A stretch of DNA of 62,218 bases, counting the filler, from Nemertoderma westbladi (taxonomy: Eukaryota > Animalia > Xenacoelomorpha): the NCBI GenBank assembly GCA_032718475.1. It is 3 parts of 3 records of this genome, joined end to end, with 100 filler letters (N's around TTAATTAATTAA, not from the genome) between each part and the next. Parts side by side here need not be neighbours in the genome. Positions count along the whole stretch, not along the records: positions 1 to 31,788 come from JAUCBJ010003579.1; 2 more parts are not named here. The stretch is one strand, 5' to 3'. Within the stretch, counting starts at the first letter, position 1; each line of letters begins with the position of its first letter. Shown here piece after piece: positions 1 to 15,900 of this stretch. The translations under genes and the position numbers were made by a program. The notes below the pieces were generated by a model. The model saw nothing but the letters and a program-made list of their open reading frames with translations, was not told the DNA's origin and searched no databases.

Positions 1-66
1 TGAATAATGTTTGTTACACAGATCACTACAGCGATATAAGTTCATGTAAGTTCATGTTCTATATAA

Positions 67-90
67 CATGCCGATCCTAGTAGTAGTAGT
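67..90 (+). mobile_element. Extreme 3' stub of an RTE LINE with (TAG)n tail
   Basis: CATGCCGATCCTAGTAGTAGTAGT is identical to the 3' terminus and tail of the RTE copy ending at 46989 (minus strand). Confidence 0.6.
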
Positions 91-589
91 AAGTTAATGT
101 AGGCTCGCTCTAGGACCTGAGTAGTTTGGAATTTATTTTGAAACAAAGATTTGATTATATGATCAATCATACGAGCTCGTTTTTCAACAGTCTTTGTCAA
201 GCGTTAGTTTGGTTAATGATTGAAACGAGTTTACCACAACCTACTAAACTGATGAAACTACAGACAGATAGATACAAAGTGGCTTTCAGCCCTTAACAAC
301 CACAGTTAAGGGAAAGTTAGTAGGTGTCACGTATTTTAATTCACCGATTAAGCGGATCTATCTAATTTAAATTAAATTAAAATTTGTTAGATTCTTGAAT
401 TTACATAAAAAAACAAGATAAAAATGTAATATCTAATCACTTTAAAATAAGGAGCACCAAAAGAAATACTCCGTGTTAAAATTTACCATTATTTATAAGA
501 ACACACTCCCATTACCAACTGCTGAATTCATCAACACAGTTATGTAGAACGTATCTATAGTATCATCTCGGTATGCCTTGGAGCTCTGT

Positions 590-855
590 TCGGGTTAATG
601 CCGCTATTATTAGTTTGTTTGTGGCAGGAATGTTTGAACGCTAATGATTGAACGGTCAATCATGGATGGAATGGAACCAAACATGGTACACAAGTAGTCT
701 ATCAAAAGTTTAGAAATTATACATACTGACAGACCTAAATAGTTCCTCTGTCTGCCGCTAGGGAGCGAATTGTCAGAGCTCCCTAATCCGTGCTTAGTAC
801 GGACTAGTGATCTCTTCCCTAGTGTCCGTGCTTGTCCGTGCTTAGCACGGTTCAT
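590..855 (+). mobile_element. Helitron/Helentron-type non-autonomous (HINE/DINE-like) fragment
   Basis: The core at ~629-773 aligns by eye with 20062-20204 (GAACGCTAAT..GGAACCAAAC..TAGTTCCTCT..GCCGCTAGGG.GCGAATTGT). It is followed by hairpin TCCGTGCTTAGTACGGA + CTAG and a second hairpin CCGTGCTTAGCACGG. Confidence 0.5.
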
Positions 856-957
856 TAGAAAATTGTGAAAAAAATTGGTTGATGAGGAAGTACTAGACAT
901 AACTAGGCAATGTGTAACCCAATCGCTTTGAGTGTAAAGCAGCAATTTACAGTTACA

Positions 958-3900
958 AAGTGTTAATATCAATCAATGTGCTAATATCAGTCAATGTGCT
1001 AATATCAGTCAATGTGTTAATATCAGTCAATGTGCTAATATCAGTCAATGTGCTAATATCAGTCAATGTGCTAATATCAGTCAATGTGCTAATATCAGTC
1101 AATGTGCTAATATCAGTCAATGTGTTAATATCAGTCAATGTGTTAATATCAGTCAATGTGCTAATATCAGTCAATGTGCTAATATCAGTCAATGTGCTAA
1201 TATCAGTCAATGTGCTAATATCAGTCAATGTGTTAATATCAGTCAATGTGCTAATATCAGTCAATGTGCTAATATCAGTCAATGTGCTAATATCAGTCAA
1301 TGTGCTAATATCAGTCGTTGTGCTAATATCAGTCAATGTGCTAATATCAGTCAATGTGTTAATATCAGTCAATGTGCTAATATCAGTCAATGTGCTAATA
1401 TCAGTCAATGTGCTAATATCAGTCAATGTGCTAATATCAGTCAATGTGCTAATATCAGTCAATGTGCTAATATCAGTCAATGTGTTAATATCAGTCAATG
1501 TGCTAATATCAGTCAATGTGCTAATATCAGTCAATGTGTTAATATCAGTCAATGTGCTAATATCAGTCAATGTGCTAATATCAGTCAATGTGCTAATATC
1601 AGTCAATGTGCTAATATCAGTCAATGTGCTAATATCAGTCAATGTGCTAATATCAGTCAATGTGCTAATATCAGTCAATGTGCTAATATCAGTCAATGTG
1701 TTAATATCAGTCAATGTGCTAATATCAGTCAATGTGCTAATATCAGTCTATGTGCTAATATCAGTCAATGTGCTAATATCAGTCAATGTGCTAATATCAG
1801 TCAATGTGTTAATATCAGTCAATGTGCTAATATCAGTCAATGTGCTAATATCAGTCAATGTGCTAATATCAGTCAATGTGCTAATATCAGTCAATGTGCT
1901 AATATCAGTCAATGTGCTAATATCAGTCAATGTGCTAATATCAGTCAATGTGCTAATATCAGTCAATGTGCTTAATATCAGTCAATGTGCTAATATCAGT
2001 CAATGTGCTAATATCAGTCAATGTGCTAATATCAGTCAATGTGCTAATATCAGTCAATGTGCTAATATCAGTCAATGTGCTAATATCAGTCAATGTGCTA
2101 ATATCAGTCAATGTGCTAATATCAGTCAATGTGCTAATATCAGTCAATGTGCTAATATCAGTCAATGTGCTAATATCAGTCAATGTGCTAATATCAGTCA
2201 ATGTGCTAATATCAGTCAATGTGCTAATATCAGTCAATGTGCTAATATCAGTCAATGTGCTAATATCAGTCAATGTGCTAATATCAGTCAATGTGCTAAT
2301 ATCAGTCAATGTGCTAATATCAGTCAATGTGCTAATATCAGTCAATGTGCTAATATCAGTCAATGTGCTAATATCAGTCAATGTGCTAATATCAGTCAAT
2401 GTGCTAATATCAGTCAATGTGCTAATATCAGTCAATGTGCTAATATCAGTCAATGTGCTAATATCAGTCAATGTGCTAATATCAGTCAATGTGCTAATAT
2501 CAGTCAATGTGCTAATATCAGTCAATGTGCTAATATCAGTCAATGTGTTAATATCAGTCAATGTGCTAATATCAGTCAATGTGCTAATATCAGTCAATGT
2601 GTTAATATCAGTCAATGTGCTAATATCAGTCAATGTGCTAATATCAGTCAATGTGCTAATATCAGTCAATGTGCTAATATCAGTCAATGTGCTAATATCA
2701 GTCAATGTGCTAATATCAGTCAATGTGCTAATATCAGTCAATGTGCTAATATCAGTCAATGTGCTAATATCAGTCAATGTGCTAATATCAGTCAATGTGC
2801 TAATATCAGTCAATGTGCTAATATCAGTCAATGTGCTAATATCAGTCAATGTGCTAATATCAGTCAATGTGCTAATATCAGTCAATGTGTTAATATCAGT
2901 CAATGTGCTAATATCAGTCAATGTGCTAATATCAGTCAATGTGTTAATATCAGTCAATGTGCTAATATCAGTCAATGTGCTAATATCAGTCAATGTGCTA
3001 ATATCAGTCAATGTGCTAATATCAGTCAATGTGCTAATATCAGTCAATGTGCTAATATCAGTCAATGTGTTAATATCAGTCAATGTGCTAATATCAGTCA
3101 ATGTGCTAATATCAGTCAATGTGCTAATATCAGTCAATGTGCTAATATCAGTCAATGTGCTAATATCAGTCAATGTGCTAATATCAGTCAATGTGCTAAT
3201 ATCAGTCAATGTGCTAATATCAGTCAATGTGCTAATATCAGTCAATGTGTTAATATCAGTCAATGTGCTAATATCAGTCAATGTGCTAATATCAGTCAAT
3301 GTGTTAATATCAGTCAATGTGCTAATATCAGTCAATGTGCTAATATCAGTCAATGTGCTAATATCAGTCAATGTGCTAATATCAGTCAATGTGCTAATAT
3401 CAGTCAATGTGCTAATATCAGTCAATGTGCTAATATCAGTCAATGTGCTAATATCAGTCAATGTGCTAATATCAGTCAATGTGCTAATATCAGTCAATGT
3501 GCTAATATCAGTCAATGTGCTAATATCAGTCAATGTGCTAATATCAGTCAATGTGCTAATATCAGTCAATGTGCTAATATCAGTCAATGTGCTAATATCA
3601 GTCAATGTGCTAATATCAGTCAATGTGCTAATATCAGTCAATGTGCTAATATCAGTCAATGTGCTAATATCAGTCAATGTGCTAATATCAGTCAATGTGC
3701 TAATATCAGTCAATGTGCTAATATCAGTCAATGTGCTAATATCAGTCAATGTGCTAATATCAGTCAATGTGCTAATATCAGTCAATGTGCTAATATCAGT
3801 CAATGTGCTAATATCAGTCAATGTGCTAATATCAGTCAATGTGCTAATATCAGTCAATGTGCTAATATCAGTCAATGTGCTAATATCAGTCAATGTGCTA

Positions 3901-6900
3901 ATATCAGTCAATGTGCTAATATCAGTCAATGTGCTAATATCAGTCAATGTGCTAATATCAGTCAATGTGCTAATATCAGTCAATGTGCTAATATCAGTCA
4001 ATGTGCTAATATCAGTCAATGTGCTAATATCAGTCAATGTGCTAATATCAGTCAATGTGCTAATATCAGTCAATGTGCTAATATCAGTCAATGTGCTAAT
4101 ATCAGTCAATGTGCTAATATCAGTCAATGTGCTAATATCAGTCAATGTGCTAATATCAGTCAATGTGCTAATATCAGTCAATGTGCTAATATCAGTCAAT
4201 GTGCTAATATCAGTCAATGTGCTAATATCAGTCAATGTGCTAATATCAGTCAATGTGCTAATATCAGTCAATGTGCTAATATCAGTCAATGTGCTAATAT
4301 CAGTCAATGTGCTAATATCAGTCAATGTGCTAATATCAGTCAATGTGCTAATATCAGTCAATGTGCTAATATCAGTCAATGTGCTAATATCAGTCAATGT
4401 GCTAATATCAGTCAATGTGCTAATATCAGTCAATGTGCTAATATCAGTCAATGTGCTAATATCAGTCAATGTGCTAATATCAGTCAATGTGCTAATATCA
4501 GTCAATGTGCTAATATCAGTCAATGTGCTAATATCAGTCAATGTGCTAATATCAGTCAATGTGTTAATATCAGTCAATGTGCTAATATCAGTCAATGTGC
4601 TAATATCAGTCAATGTGCTAATATCAGTCAATGTGCTAATATCAGTCAATGTGCTAATATCAGTCAATGTGCTAATATCAGTCAATGTGCTAATATCAGT
4701 CAATGTGCTAATATCAGTCAATGTGCTAATATCAGTCAATGTGCTAATATCAGTCAATGTGCTAATATCAGTCAATGTGCTAATATCAGTCAATGTGCTA
4801 ATATCAGTCAATGTGCTAATATCAGTCAATGTGCTAATATCAGTCAATGTGCTAATATCAGTCAATGTGCTAATATCAGTCAATGTGCTAATATCAGTCA
4901 ATGTGCTAATATCAGTCAATGTGCTAATATCAGTCAATGTGCTAATATCAGTCAATGTGCTAATATCAGTCAATGTGCTAATATCAGTCAATGTGCTAAT
5001 ATCAGTCAATGTGCTAATATCAGTCAATGTGCTAATATCAGTCAATGTGCTAATATCAGTCAATGTGCTAATATCAGTCAATGTGCTAATATCAGTCAAT
5101 GTGCTAATATCAGTCAATGTGCTAATATCAGTCAATGTGCTAATATCAGTCAATGTGCTAATATCAGTCAATGTGCTAATATCAGTCAATGTGCTAATAT
5201 CAGTCAATGTGCTAATATCAGTCAATGTGCTAATATCAGTCAATGTGCTAATATCAGTCAATGTGCTAATATCAGTCAATGTGCTAATATCAGTCAATGT
5301 GCTAATATCAGTCAATGTGCTAATATCAGTCAATGTGCTAATATCAGTCAATGTGCTAATATCAGTCAATGTGCTAATATCAGTCAATGTGCTAATATCA
5401 GTCAATGTGCTAATATCAGTCAATGTGCTAATATCAGTCAATGTGCTAATATCAGTCAATGTGCTAATATCAGTCAATGTGCTAATATCAGTCAATGTGC
5501 TAATATCAGTCAATGTGCTAATATCAGTCAATGTGCTAATATCAGTCAATGTGCTAATATCAGTCAATGTGCTAATATCAGTCAATGTGCTAATATCAGT
5601 CAATGTGCTAATATCAGTCAATGTGCTAATATCAGTCAATGTGCTAATATCAGTCAATGTGCTAATATCAGTCAATGTGCTAATATCAGTCAATGTGCTA
5701 ATATCAGTCAATGTGCTAATATCAGTCAATGTGCTAATATCAGTCAATGTGCTAATATCAGTCAATGTGCTAATATCAGTCAATGTGCTAATATCAGTCA
5801 ATGTGCTAATATCAGTCAATGTGCTAATATCAGTCAATGTGCTAATATCAGTCAATGTGCTAATATCAGTCAATGTGCTAATATCAGTCAATGTGCTAAT
5901 ATCAGTCAATGTGCTAATATCAGTCAATGTGCTAATATCAGTCAATGTGCTAATATCAGTCAATGTGCTAATATCAGTCAATGTGCTAATATCAGTCAAT
6001 GTGCTAATATCAGTCAATGTGCTAATATCAGTCAATGTGCTAATATCAGTCAATGTGCTAATATCAGTCAATGTGCTAATATCAGTCAATGTGCTAATAT
6101 CAGTCAATGTGCTAATATCAGTCAATGTGCTAATATCAGTCAATGTGCTAATATCAGTCAATGTGCTAATATCAGTCAATGTGCTAATATCAGTCAATGT
6201 GCTAATATCAGTCAATGTGCTAATATCAGTCAATGTGTTAATATCAGTCAATGTGCTAATATCAGTCAATGTGCTAATATCAGTCAATGTGCTAATATCA
6301 GTCAATGTGCTAATATCAGTCAATGTGCTAATATCAGTCAATGTGCTAATATCAGTCAATGTGCTAATATCAGTCAATGTGCTAATATCAGTCAATGTGC
6401 TAATATCAGTCAATGTGCTAATATCAGTCAATGTGCTAATATCAGTCAATGTGCTAATATCAGTCAATGTGCTAATATCAGTCAATGTGCTAATATCAGT
6501 CAATGTGCTAATATCAGTCAATGTGCTAATATCAGTCAATGTGCTAATATCAGTCAATGTGCTAATATCAGTCAATGTGCTAATATCAGTCAATGTGCTA
6601 ATATCAGTCAATGTGCTAATATCAGTCAATGTGCTAATATCAGTCAATGTGCTAATATCAGTCAATGTGCTAATATCAGTCAATGTGCTAATATCAGTCA
6701 ATGTGTTAATATCAGTCAATGTGCTAATATCAGTCAATGTGCTAATATCAGTCAATGTGCTAATATCAGTCAATGTGCTAATATCAGTCAATGTGCTAAT
6801 ATCAGTCAATGTGCTAATATCAGTCAATGTGCTAATATCAGTCAATGTGCTAATATCAGTCAATGTGCTAATATCAGTCAATGTGCTAATATCAGTCAAT

Positions 6901-9900
6901 GTGCTAATATCAGTCAATGTGCTAATATCAGTCAATGTGCTAATATCAGTCAATGTGCTAATATCAGTCAATGTGCTAATATCAGTCAATGTGCTAATAT
7001 CAGTCAATGTGCTAATATCAGTCAATGTGCTAATATCAGTCAATGTGCTAATATCAGTCAATGTGCTAATATCAGTCAATGTGCTAATATCAGTCAATGT
7101 GCTAATATCAGTCAATGTGCTAATATCAGTCAATGTGCTAATATCAGTCAATGTGCTAATATCAGTCAATGTGCTAATATCAGTCAATGTGCTAATATCA
7201 GTCAATGTGCTAATATCAGTCAATGTGCTAATATCAGTCAATGTGCTAATATCAGTCAATGTGCTAATATCAGTCAATGTGCTAATATCAGTCAATGTGC
7301 TAATATCAGTCAATGTGCTAATATCAGTCAATGTGCTAATATCAGTCAATGTGTTAATATCAGTCAATGTGCTAATATCAGTCAATGTGCTAATATCAGT
7401 CAATGTGTTAATATCAGTCAATGTGCTAATATCAGTCAATGTGCTAATATCAGTCAATGTGCTAATATCAGTCAATGTGTTAATATCAGTCAATGTGCTA
7501 ATATCAGTCAATGTGCTAATATCAGTCAATGTGCTAATATCAGTCAATGTGCTAATATCAGTCAATGTGCTAATATCAGTCAATGTGCTAATATCAGTCA
7601 ATGTGCTAATATCAGTCAATGTGCTAATATCAGTCAATGTGCTAATATCAGTCAATGTGCTAATATCAGTCAATGTGCTAATATCAGTCAATGTGTTAAT
7701 ATCAGTCAATGTGCTAATATCAGTCAATGTGCTAATATCAGTCAATGTGCTAATATCAGTCAATGTGCTAATATCAGTCAATGTGCTAATATCAGTCAAT
7801 GTGCTAATATCAGTCAATGTGCTAATATCAGTCAATGTGTTAATATCAGTCAATGTGCTAATATCAGTCAATGTGCTAATATCAGTCAATGTGCTAATAT
7901 CAGTCAATGTGCTAATATCAGTCAATGTGCTAATATCAGTCAATGTGCTAATATCAGTCAATGTGTTAATATCAGTCAATGTGCTAATATCAGTCAATGT
8001 GCTAATATCAGTCAATGTGTTAATATCAGTCAATGTGCTAATATCAGTCAATGTGCTAATATCAGTCAATGTGCTAATATCAGTCAATGTGTTAATATCA
8101 GTCAATGTGCTAATATCAGTCAATGTGCTAATATCAGTCAATGTGTTAATATCAGTCAATGTGCTAATATCAGTCAATGTGCTAATATCAGTCAATGTGC
8201 TAATATCAGTCAATGTGCTAATATCAGTCAATGTGCTAATATCAGTCAATGTGCTAATATCAGTCAATGTGATAATATCAGTCAATGTGCTAATATGCAG
8301 TCAATGTGCTAATATCAGTCAATGTGTTAATATCAGTCAATGTGCTAATATCAGTCAATGTGCTAATATCAGTCAATGTGCTAATATCAGTCAATGTGCT
8401 AATATCAGTCAATGTGCTAATATCAGTCAATGTGCTAATTTCAGTCAATGTGCTAATATCAGTCAATGTGCTAATATCAGTCAATGTGCTAATATCAGTC
8501 AATGTGCTAATTTCAGTCAATGTGCTAATATCAGTCAATGTGCTAATATCAGTCAATGTGCTAATATCAGTCAATGTGCTAATATCAGTCAATGTGCTAA
8601 TATCAGTCAATGTGTTAATATCAGTCAATGTGCTAATATCAGTCAATGTGTTAATATCAGTCAATGTGCTAATATCAGTCAATGTGCTAATATCAGTCAA
8701 TGTGTTAATATCAGTCAATGTGCTAATATCAGTCAATGTGCTATATCAGTCAATGTGCTAATATCAGTCAATGTGTTAATATCAGTCAATGTGCTAATAT
8801 CAGTCAATGGGCTATATCAGTCAATGTGTTAATATCAGTCAATGTGCTAATTTCAGTCAATGTGTTAATATCAGTCAATGTGCTAATATCAGTCAATGTG
8901 CTAATATCAGTCAATGTGCTAATTTCAGTCAATGTGTTAATATCAGTCAATGTGCTAATATCAGTCAATGTGCTAATATCAGTCAATGTGTTAATATCAG
9001 TCAATGTGCTAATATCAGTCAATGTGCTAATATCAGTCAATGTGTTAATATCAGTCAATGTGTTAATATCAGTCAATGTGCTAATTTCAGTCAATGTGCT
9101 AATATCAGTCAATGTGTTAATATCAGTCAATGTGCTAATATCAGTCAATGTGCTAATATCAGTCAATTTACTAATTTCAGTCAATGTGCTAATATCAGTC
9201 AATGTGCTAATATCAGTCAATGTGTTAATATCAGTCAATGTGCTAATATCAGTCAATGTGCTATATCAGTCAATGTGTTAATATCAGTTAATGTGCTAAT
9301 TTCAGCCAATGTGTTAATATCAGTCAATGTGCTAATATCAGTCAATGTGCTAATATCAGTCAATGTGCTAATTTCAGTCAATGTGTTAATATCAGTCAAT
9401 GTGCTAATATCAGTTAATGTGCTAATATCAGTCAATGTGTTAATATCAGTCAATGTGCTAATATCAGTCAATGTGCTAATATCAGTCAATGTGCTAATAT
9501 CAGTCAATGTGCTAATATCAGTCAATATGCTAATTTCAGTCAATGTGCTAATATCAGTCAATGTGTTAATATCAGTCAATGTGCTAATATCAGTCAATGT
9601 GCTAATATCTGTCAATTTGCTAATTTCAGTCAATGTGCTAATATCAGTCAATGTGTTAATATCAGACAATGTGCTAATATCAGTCAATGTGTTAATATCA
9701 GTCAATGTGCTAATATCAGTCAATGTGTTAATATCAGTCAATGTGCTAATATCAGTCAATGTGCTAATATCAGTCAATGTGTTAATATCAGTCAATGTGC
9801 TAATATCAGTCAATGTGTTAATATCAGTCAATGTGCTAATATCAGTCAATGTGCTAATATCAGTCAATGTGCTAATATCAGTCAATGTGCTAATATCAGT

Positions 9901-12900
9901 CAATGTGCTAATATCAGTCAATGTGCTAATATCAGTCAATGTGTTAATATCAGTCAATGTGCTAATATCAGTCAATGTGTTAATATCAGTCAATGTGCTA
10001 ATATCAGTCAATGTGCTAATATCAGTCAATGTGCTAATATCAGTCAATGTGCTAATATCAGTCAATGTGTTAATATCAGTCAATGTGCTAATATCAGTCA
10101 ATGTGTTAATATCAGTCAATGTGCTAATATCAGTCAATGTGTTAATATCAGTCAATGTGCTAATATCAGTCAATGTGCTAATATCAGTCAATGTGCTAAT
10201 ATCAGTCAATGTGCTAATTTCAGTCAATGCGTTAATATCAGTCAATGTGTTAATATCAATCAATGTGCTAATATCAGTCAATGTGCTAATATCAGTCAAT
10301 GTGCTAATATCAGTCAATGTGTTAATATCAGTCAATGTGCTAATATCAGTCAATGTGCTAATATCAGTCAATGTGTTAATATCAGTCAATGTGCTAATAT
10401 CAGTCAATGTGCTAATATCAGTCAATGTGCTAATATCAGTCAATGTGCTAATATCAGTCAATGTGCTAATATCAGTCAATGTGCTAATATCAGTCAATGT
10501 GCTAATTTCAGTCAATGTGTTAATATTAGTCAATGTGCTAATATCAGTCAATGTGCTAATACCAGTCAATGTGCTAATATCAGTCAATGTGTTAATATCA
10601 GTCAATGTGCTAATATCAGTCAATGTGCTAATACCAGTCAATGTGCTAATATCAGTCAATGTGCTAATATCAGTCAATGTGTTAATATCAGTCAATGTGC
10701 TAATATCAGTCAATGTGTTAATATCAGTCAATGTGCTAATATCAGTCAATGTGCTAATTTCAGTCAATGCGTTAATATCAGTCAATGTGCTAATATCAGT
10801 CAATGTGCTAATATCAGTCAATGTGTTAATATCAGTCAATGTGCTAATATCAGTCAATGTGCTAATATCAGTCAATGTGCTAATATCAGTCAATGTGTTA
10901 ATATCAGTCAATGTGCTAATATCAGTCAATGTGCTAATATCAGTCAATGTGCTAATATCAGTCAATGTGTTAATATCAGTCAATGTGCTAATATCAGTCA
11001 ATGTGCTAATATCAGTCAATGTGCTAATATCAGTCAATGTGCTAATATCAGTCAATGTGCTAATTTCAGTCAATGTGCTAATATCAGTCAATGTGTTAAT
11101 ATCAGTCAATGTGTTAATATCAGTCAATGTGCTAATATCAGTCAATGTGCTAATATCAGTCAATGTGCTAATATCAGTCAATGTGTTAATATCAGTCAAT
11201 GTGCTAATATCAGTCAATGTGTTAATATCAGTCAATGTGCTAATATCAGTCAATGTGCTAATTTCAGTCAATGCGTTAATATCAGTCAATGTGCTAATAT
11301 CAGTCAATGTGCTAATATCAGTCAATGTGCTAATATCAGTCAATGTGCTAATATCAGTCAATGTGTTAATATCAATCAATGTGCTAATATCAGTCAATGT
11401 GCTAATATCAGTCAATGTGTTAATATCAGTCAATGTGCTAATATCAGTCAATGTGCTAATATCAGTCAATGTGCTAATATCAGTCAATGTGCTAATATCA
11501 GTCAATGTGCTAATATCAGTCAATGTGCTAATATCAGTCAATGTGCTAATATCAGTCAATGTGTTAATATCAGTCAATGTGCTAATATCAGTCAATGTGT
11601 TAATATCAGTCAATGTGCTAATATCAGTCAATGTGCTAATATCAGTCAATGTGCTAATATCAGTCAATGTGCTAATATCAGTCAATGTGCTAATTTCAGT
11701 CAATGTGCTAATATCAGTCAATGTGTTAATATCAGTCAATGTGCTAATATCAGTCAATGTGCTAATATCAGTCAATGTGTTAATATCAGTCAATGTGCTA
11801 ATATCAGTCAATGTGCTAATATCAGTCAATGTGCTAATATCAGTCAATGTGTTAATATCAGTCAATGTGCTAATATCAGTCAATGTGTTAATATCAGTCA
11901 ATGTGCTAATATCAGTCAATGTGCTAATATCAGTCAATGTGCTAATATCAGTCAATGTGCTAATTTCAGTCAATGCGTTAATATCAGTCAATGTGTTAAT
12001 ATCAATCAATGTGCTAATATCAGTCAATGTGCTAATATCAGTCAATGTGCTAATATCAGTCAATGTGCTAATATCAGTCAATGTGCTAATATCAGTCAAT
12101 GTGCTAATTTCAGTCAATGTGTTAATATTAGTCAATGTGCTAATATCAGTCAATGTGCTAATACCAGTCAATGTGCTAATATCAGTCAATGTGTTAATAT
12201 CAGTCAATGTGCTAATATCAGTCAATGTGCTAATACCAGTCAATGTGCTAATATCAGTCAATGTGCTAATATCAGTCAATGTGTTAATATCAGTCAATGT
12301 GCTAATATCAGTCAATGTGTTAATATCAGTCAATGTGCTAATATCAGTCAATGTGCTAATTTCAGTCAATGCGTTAATATCAGTCAATGTGCTAATATCA
12401 GTCAATGTGCTAATATCAGTCAATGTGTTAATATCAGTCAATGTGCTAATATCAGTCAATGTGCTAATATCAGTCAATGTGCTAATATCAGTCAATGTGT
12501 TAATATCAGTCAATGTGCTAATATCAGTCAATGTGCTAATATCAGTCAATGTGCTAATATCAGTCAATGTGTTAATATCAGTCAATGTGCTAATATCAGT
12601 CAATGTGCTAATATCAGTCAATGTGCTAATATCAGTCAATGTGCTAATATCAGTCAATGTGCTAATTTCAGTCAATGTGCTAATATCAGTCAATGTGTTA
12701 ATATCAGTCAATGTGTTAATATCAGTCAATGTGCTAATATCAGTCAATGTGCTAATATCAGTCAATGTGCTAATATCAGTCAATGTGTTAATATCAGTCA
12801 ATGTGCTAATATCAGTCAATGTGTTAATATCAGTCAATGTGCTAATATCAGTCAATGTGCTAATTTCAGTCAATGCGTTAATATCAGTCAATGTGCTAAT

Positions 12901-15900
12901 ATCAGTCAATGTGCTAATATCAGTCAATGTGCTAATATCAGTCAATGTGCTAATATCAGTCAATGTGTTAATATCAATCAATGTGCTAATATCAGTCAAT
13001 GTGCTAATATCAGTCAATGTGTTAATATCAGTCAATGTGCTAATATCAGTCAATGTGCTAATATCAGTCAATGTGCTAATATCAGTCAATGTGCTAATAT
13101 CAGTCAATGTGCTAATATCAGTCAATGTGCTAATATCAGTCAATGTGCTAATATCAGTCAATGTGTTAATATCAGTCAATGTGCTAATATCAGTCAATGT
13201 GTTAATATCAGTCAATGTGCTAATATCAGTCAATGTGCTAATATCAGTCAATGTGCTAATATCAGTCAATGTGCTAATATCAGTCAATGTGCTAATTTCA
13301 GTCAATGTGCTAATATCAGTCAATGTGTTAATATCAGTCAATGTGCTAATTTCAGTCAATGTGCTAATATCAGTCAATGTGTTAATATCAGTCAATGTGC
13401 TAATATCAGTCAATGTGCTAATATCAGTCAATGTACTAATTTCAGTCAATGTGCTAATATCAGTCAATGTGCTAATATCAGTCAATGTGTTAATATCAGT
13501 CAATGTGCTAATATCAGTCAATGTGCTATATCAGTCAATGTGTTAATATCAGTTAATGTGCTAATTTCAGCCAATGTGTTAATATCAGTCAATGTGCTAA
13601 TATCAGTCAATGTGCTAATATCAGTCAATGTGCTAATTTCAGTCAATGTGTTAATATCAGTCAATGTGCTAATATCAGTTAATGTGCTAATATCAGTCAA
13701 TGTGTTAATATCAGTCAATGTGCTAATATCAGTCAATGTGCTAATATCAGTCAATGTGCTAATATCAGTCAATGTGTTAATATCAGTCAATATGCTAATT
13801 TCAGTCAATGTGCTAATATCAGTCAATGTGTTAATATCAGTCAATGTGCTAATATCAGTCAATGTGCTAATATCTGTCAATTTGCTAATTTCAGTCAATG
13901 TGCTAATATCAGTCAATGTGTTAATATCAGTCAATGTGCTAATATCAGTCAATGTGTTAATATCAGTCAATGTGCTAATATCAGTCAATGTGTTAATATC
14001 AGTCAATGTGCTAATATCAGTCAATGTGCTAATATCAGTCAATGTGTTAATATCAGTCAATGTGCTAATATCAGTCAATGTGTTAATATCAGTCAATGTG
14101 CTAATATCAGTCAATGTGTTAATATCAGTCAATGTGCTAATATCAGTCAATGTGTTAATATCAGTCAATGTGCTAATATCAGTCAATGTGCTAATATCAG
14201 TCAATGTGTTAATATCAGTCAATGTGCTAATATCAGTCAATGTGTTAATATCAGTCAATGTGCTAATATCAGTCAATGTGTTAATATCAGTCAATGTGCT
14301 AATATCAGTCAATGTGCTAATATCAGTCAATGTGCTAATATCAGTCAATGTGCTAATATCAGTCAATGTGCTAATATCAGTCAATGTGCTAATATCAGTC
14401 AATGTGTTAATATCAGTCAATGTGCTAATATCAGTCAATGTGTTAATATCAGTCAATGTGCTAATATCAGTCAATGTGCTAATATCAGTCAATGTGCTAA
14501 TATCAGTCAATGTGCTAATATCAGTCAATGTGTTAATATCAGTCAATGTGCTAATATCAGTCAATGTGTTAATATCAGTCAATGTGCTAATATCAGTCAA
14601 TGTGCTAATTTCAGTCAATGCGTTAATATCAGTCAATGTGCTAATATCAGTCAATGTGCTAATATCAGTCAATGTGCTAATATCAGTCAATGTGCTAATA
14701 TCAGTCAATGTGTTAATATCAGTCAATGTGCTAATATCAGTCAATGTGCTAATATCAGTCAATGTGCTAATATCAGTCAATGTGTTAATATCAGTCAATG
14801 TGCTAATATCAGTCAATGTGCTAATATCAGTCAATGTGCTAATATCAGTCAATGTGCTAATATCAGTCAATGTGCTAATATCAGTCAATGTGCTAATATC
14901 AGTCAATGTGCTAATATCAGTCAATGTGCTAATATCAGTCAATGTGCTAATATCAGTCAATGTGCTAATATCAGTCAATGTGCTAATATCAGTCAATGTG
15001 CTAATTTCAGTCAATGTGTTAATATCAGTCAATGTGCTAATATCAGTCAATGTGCTAATATCAGTCAATGTGCTAATATCAGTCAATGTGCTAATATCAG
15101 TCAATGTGTTAATATCAGTCAATGTGCTAATATCAGTCAATGTGTTAATATCAGTCAATGTGCTAATATCAGTCAATGTGCTAATTTCAGTCAATGCGTT
15201 AATATCAGTCAATGTGCTAATATCAGTCAATGTGCTAATATCAGTCAATGTGTTAATATCAGTCAATGTGCTAATATCAGTCAATGTGCTAATATCAGTC
15301 AATGTGCTAATATCAGTCAATGTGCTAATATCAGTCAATGTGTTAATATCAGTCAATGTGCTAATATCCGTCAATGTGCTAATATCAGTCAATGTGTTAA
15401 TATCAGTCAATGTGCTAATATCAGTCAATGTGCTAATATCAGTCAATGTGCTAATATCAGTCAATGTGTTAATATCAGTCAATGTGCTAATTTCAGTCAA
15501 TGTGCTAATATCAGTCAATGTGTTAATATCAGTCAATGTGCTAATATCAGTCAATGTGCTAATATCAGTCAATGTGCTAATATCAGTCAATGTGTTAATA
15601 TCAGTCAATGTGCTAATATCAGTCAATGTGTTAATATCAGTCAATGTGCTAATATCAGTCAATGTGCTAATTTCAGTCAATGCGTTAATATCAGTCAATG
15701 TGCTAATATCAGTCAATGTGCTAATATCAGTCAATGTGCTAATATCAGTCAATGTGCTAATATCAGTCAATGTGTTAATATCAGTCAATGTGCTAATATC
15801 AGTCAATGTGCTAATATCAGTCAATGTGTTAATATCAGTCAATGTGCTAATATCAGTCAATGTGCTAATATCAGTCAATGTGCTAATATCAGTCAATGTG

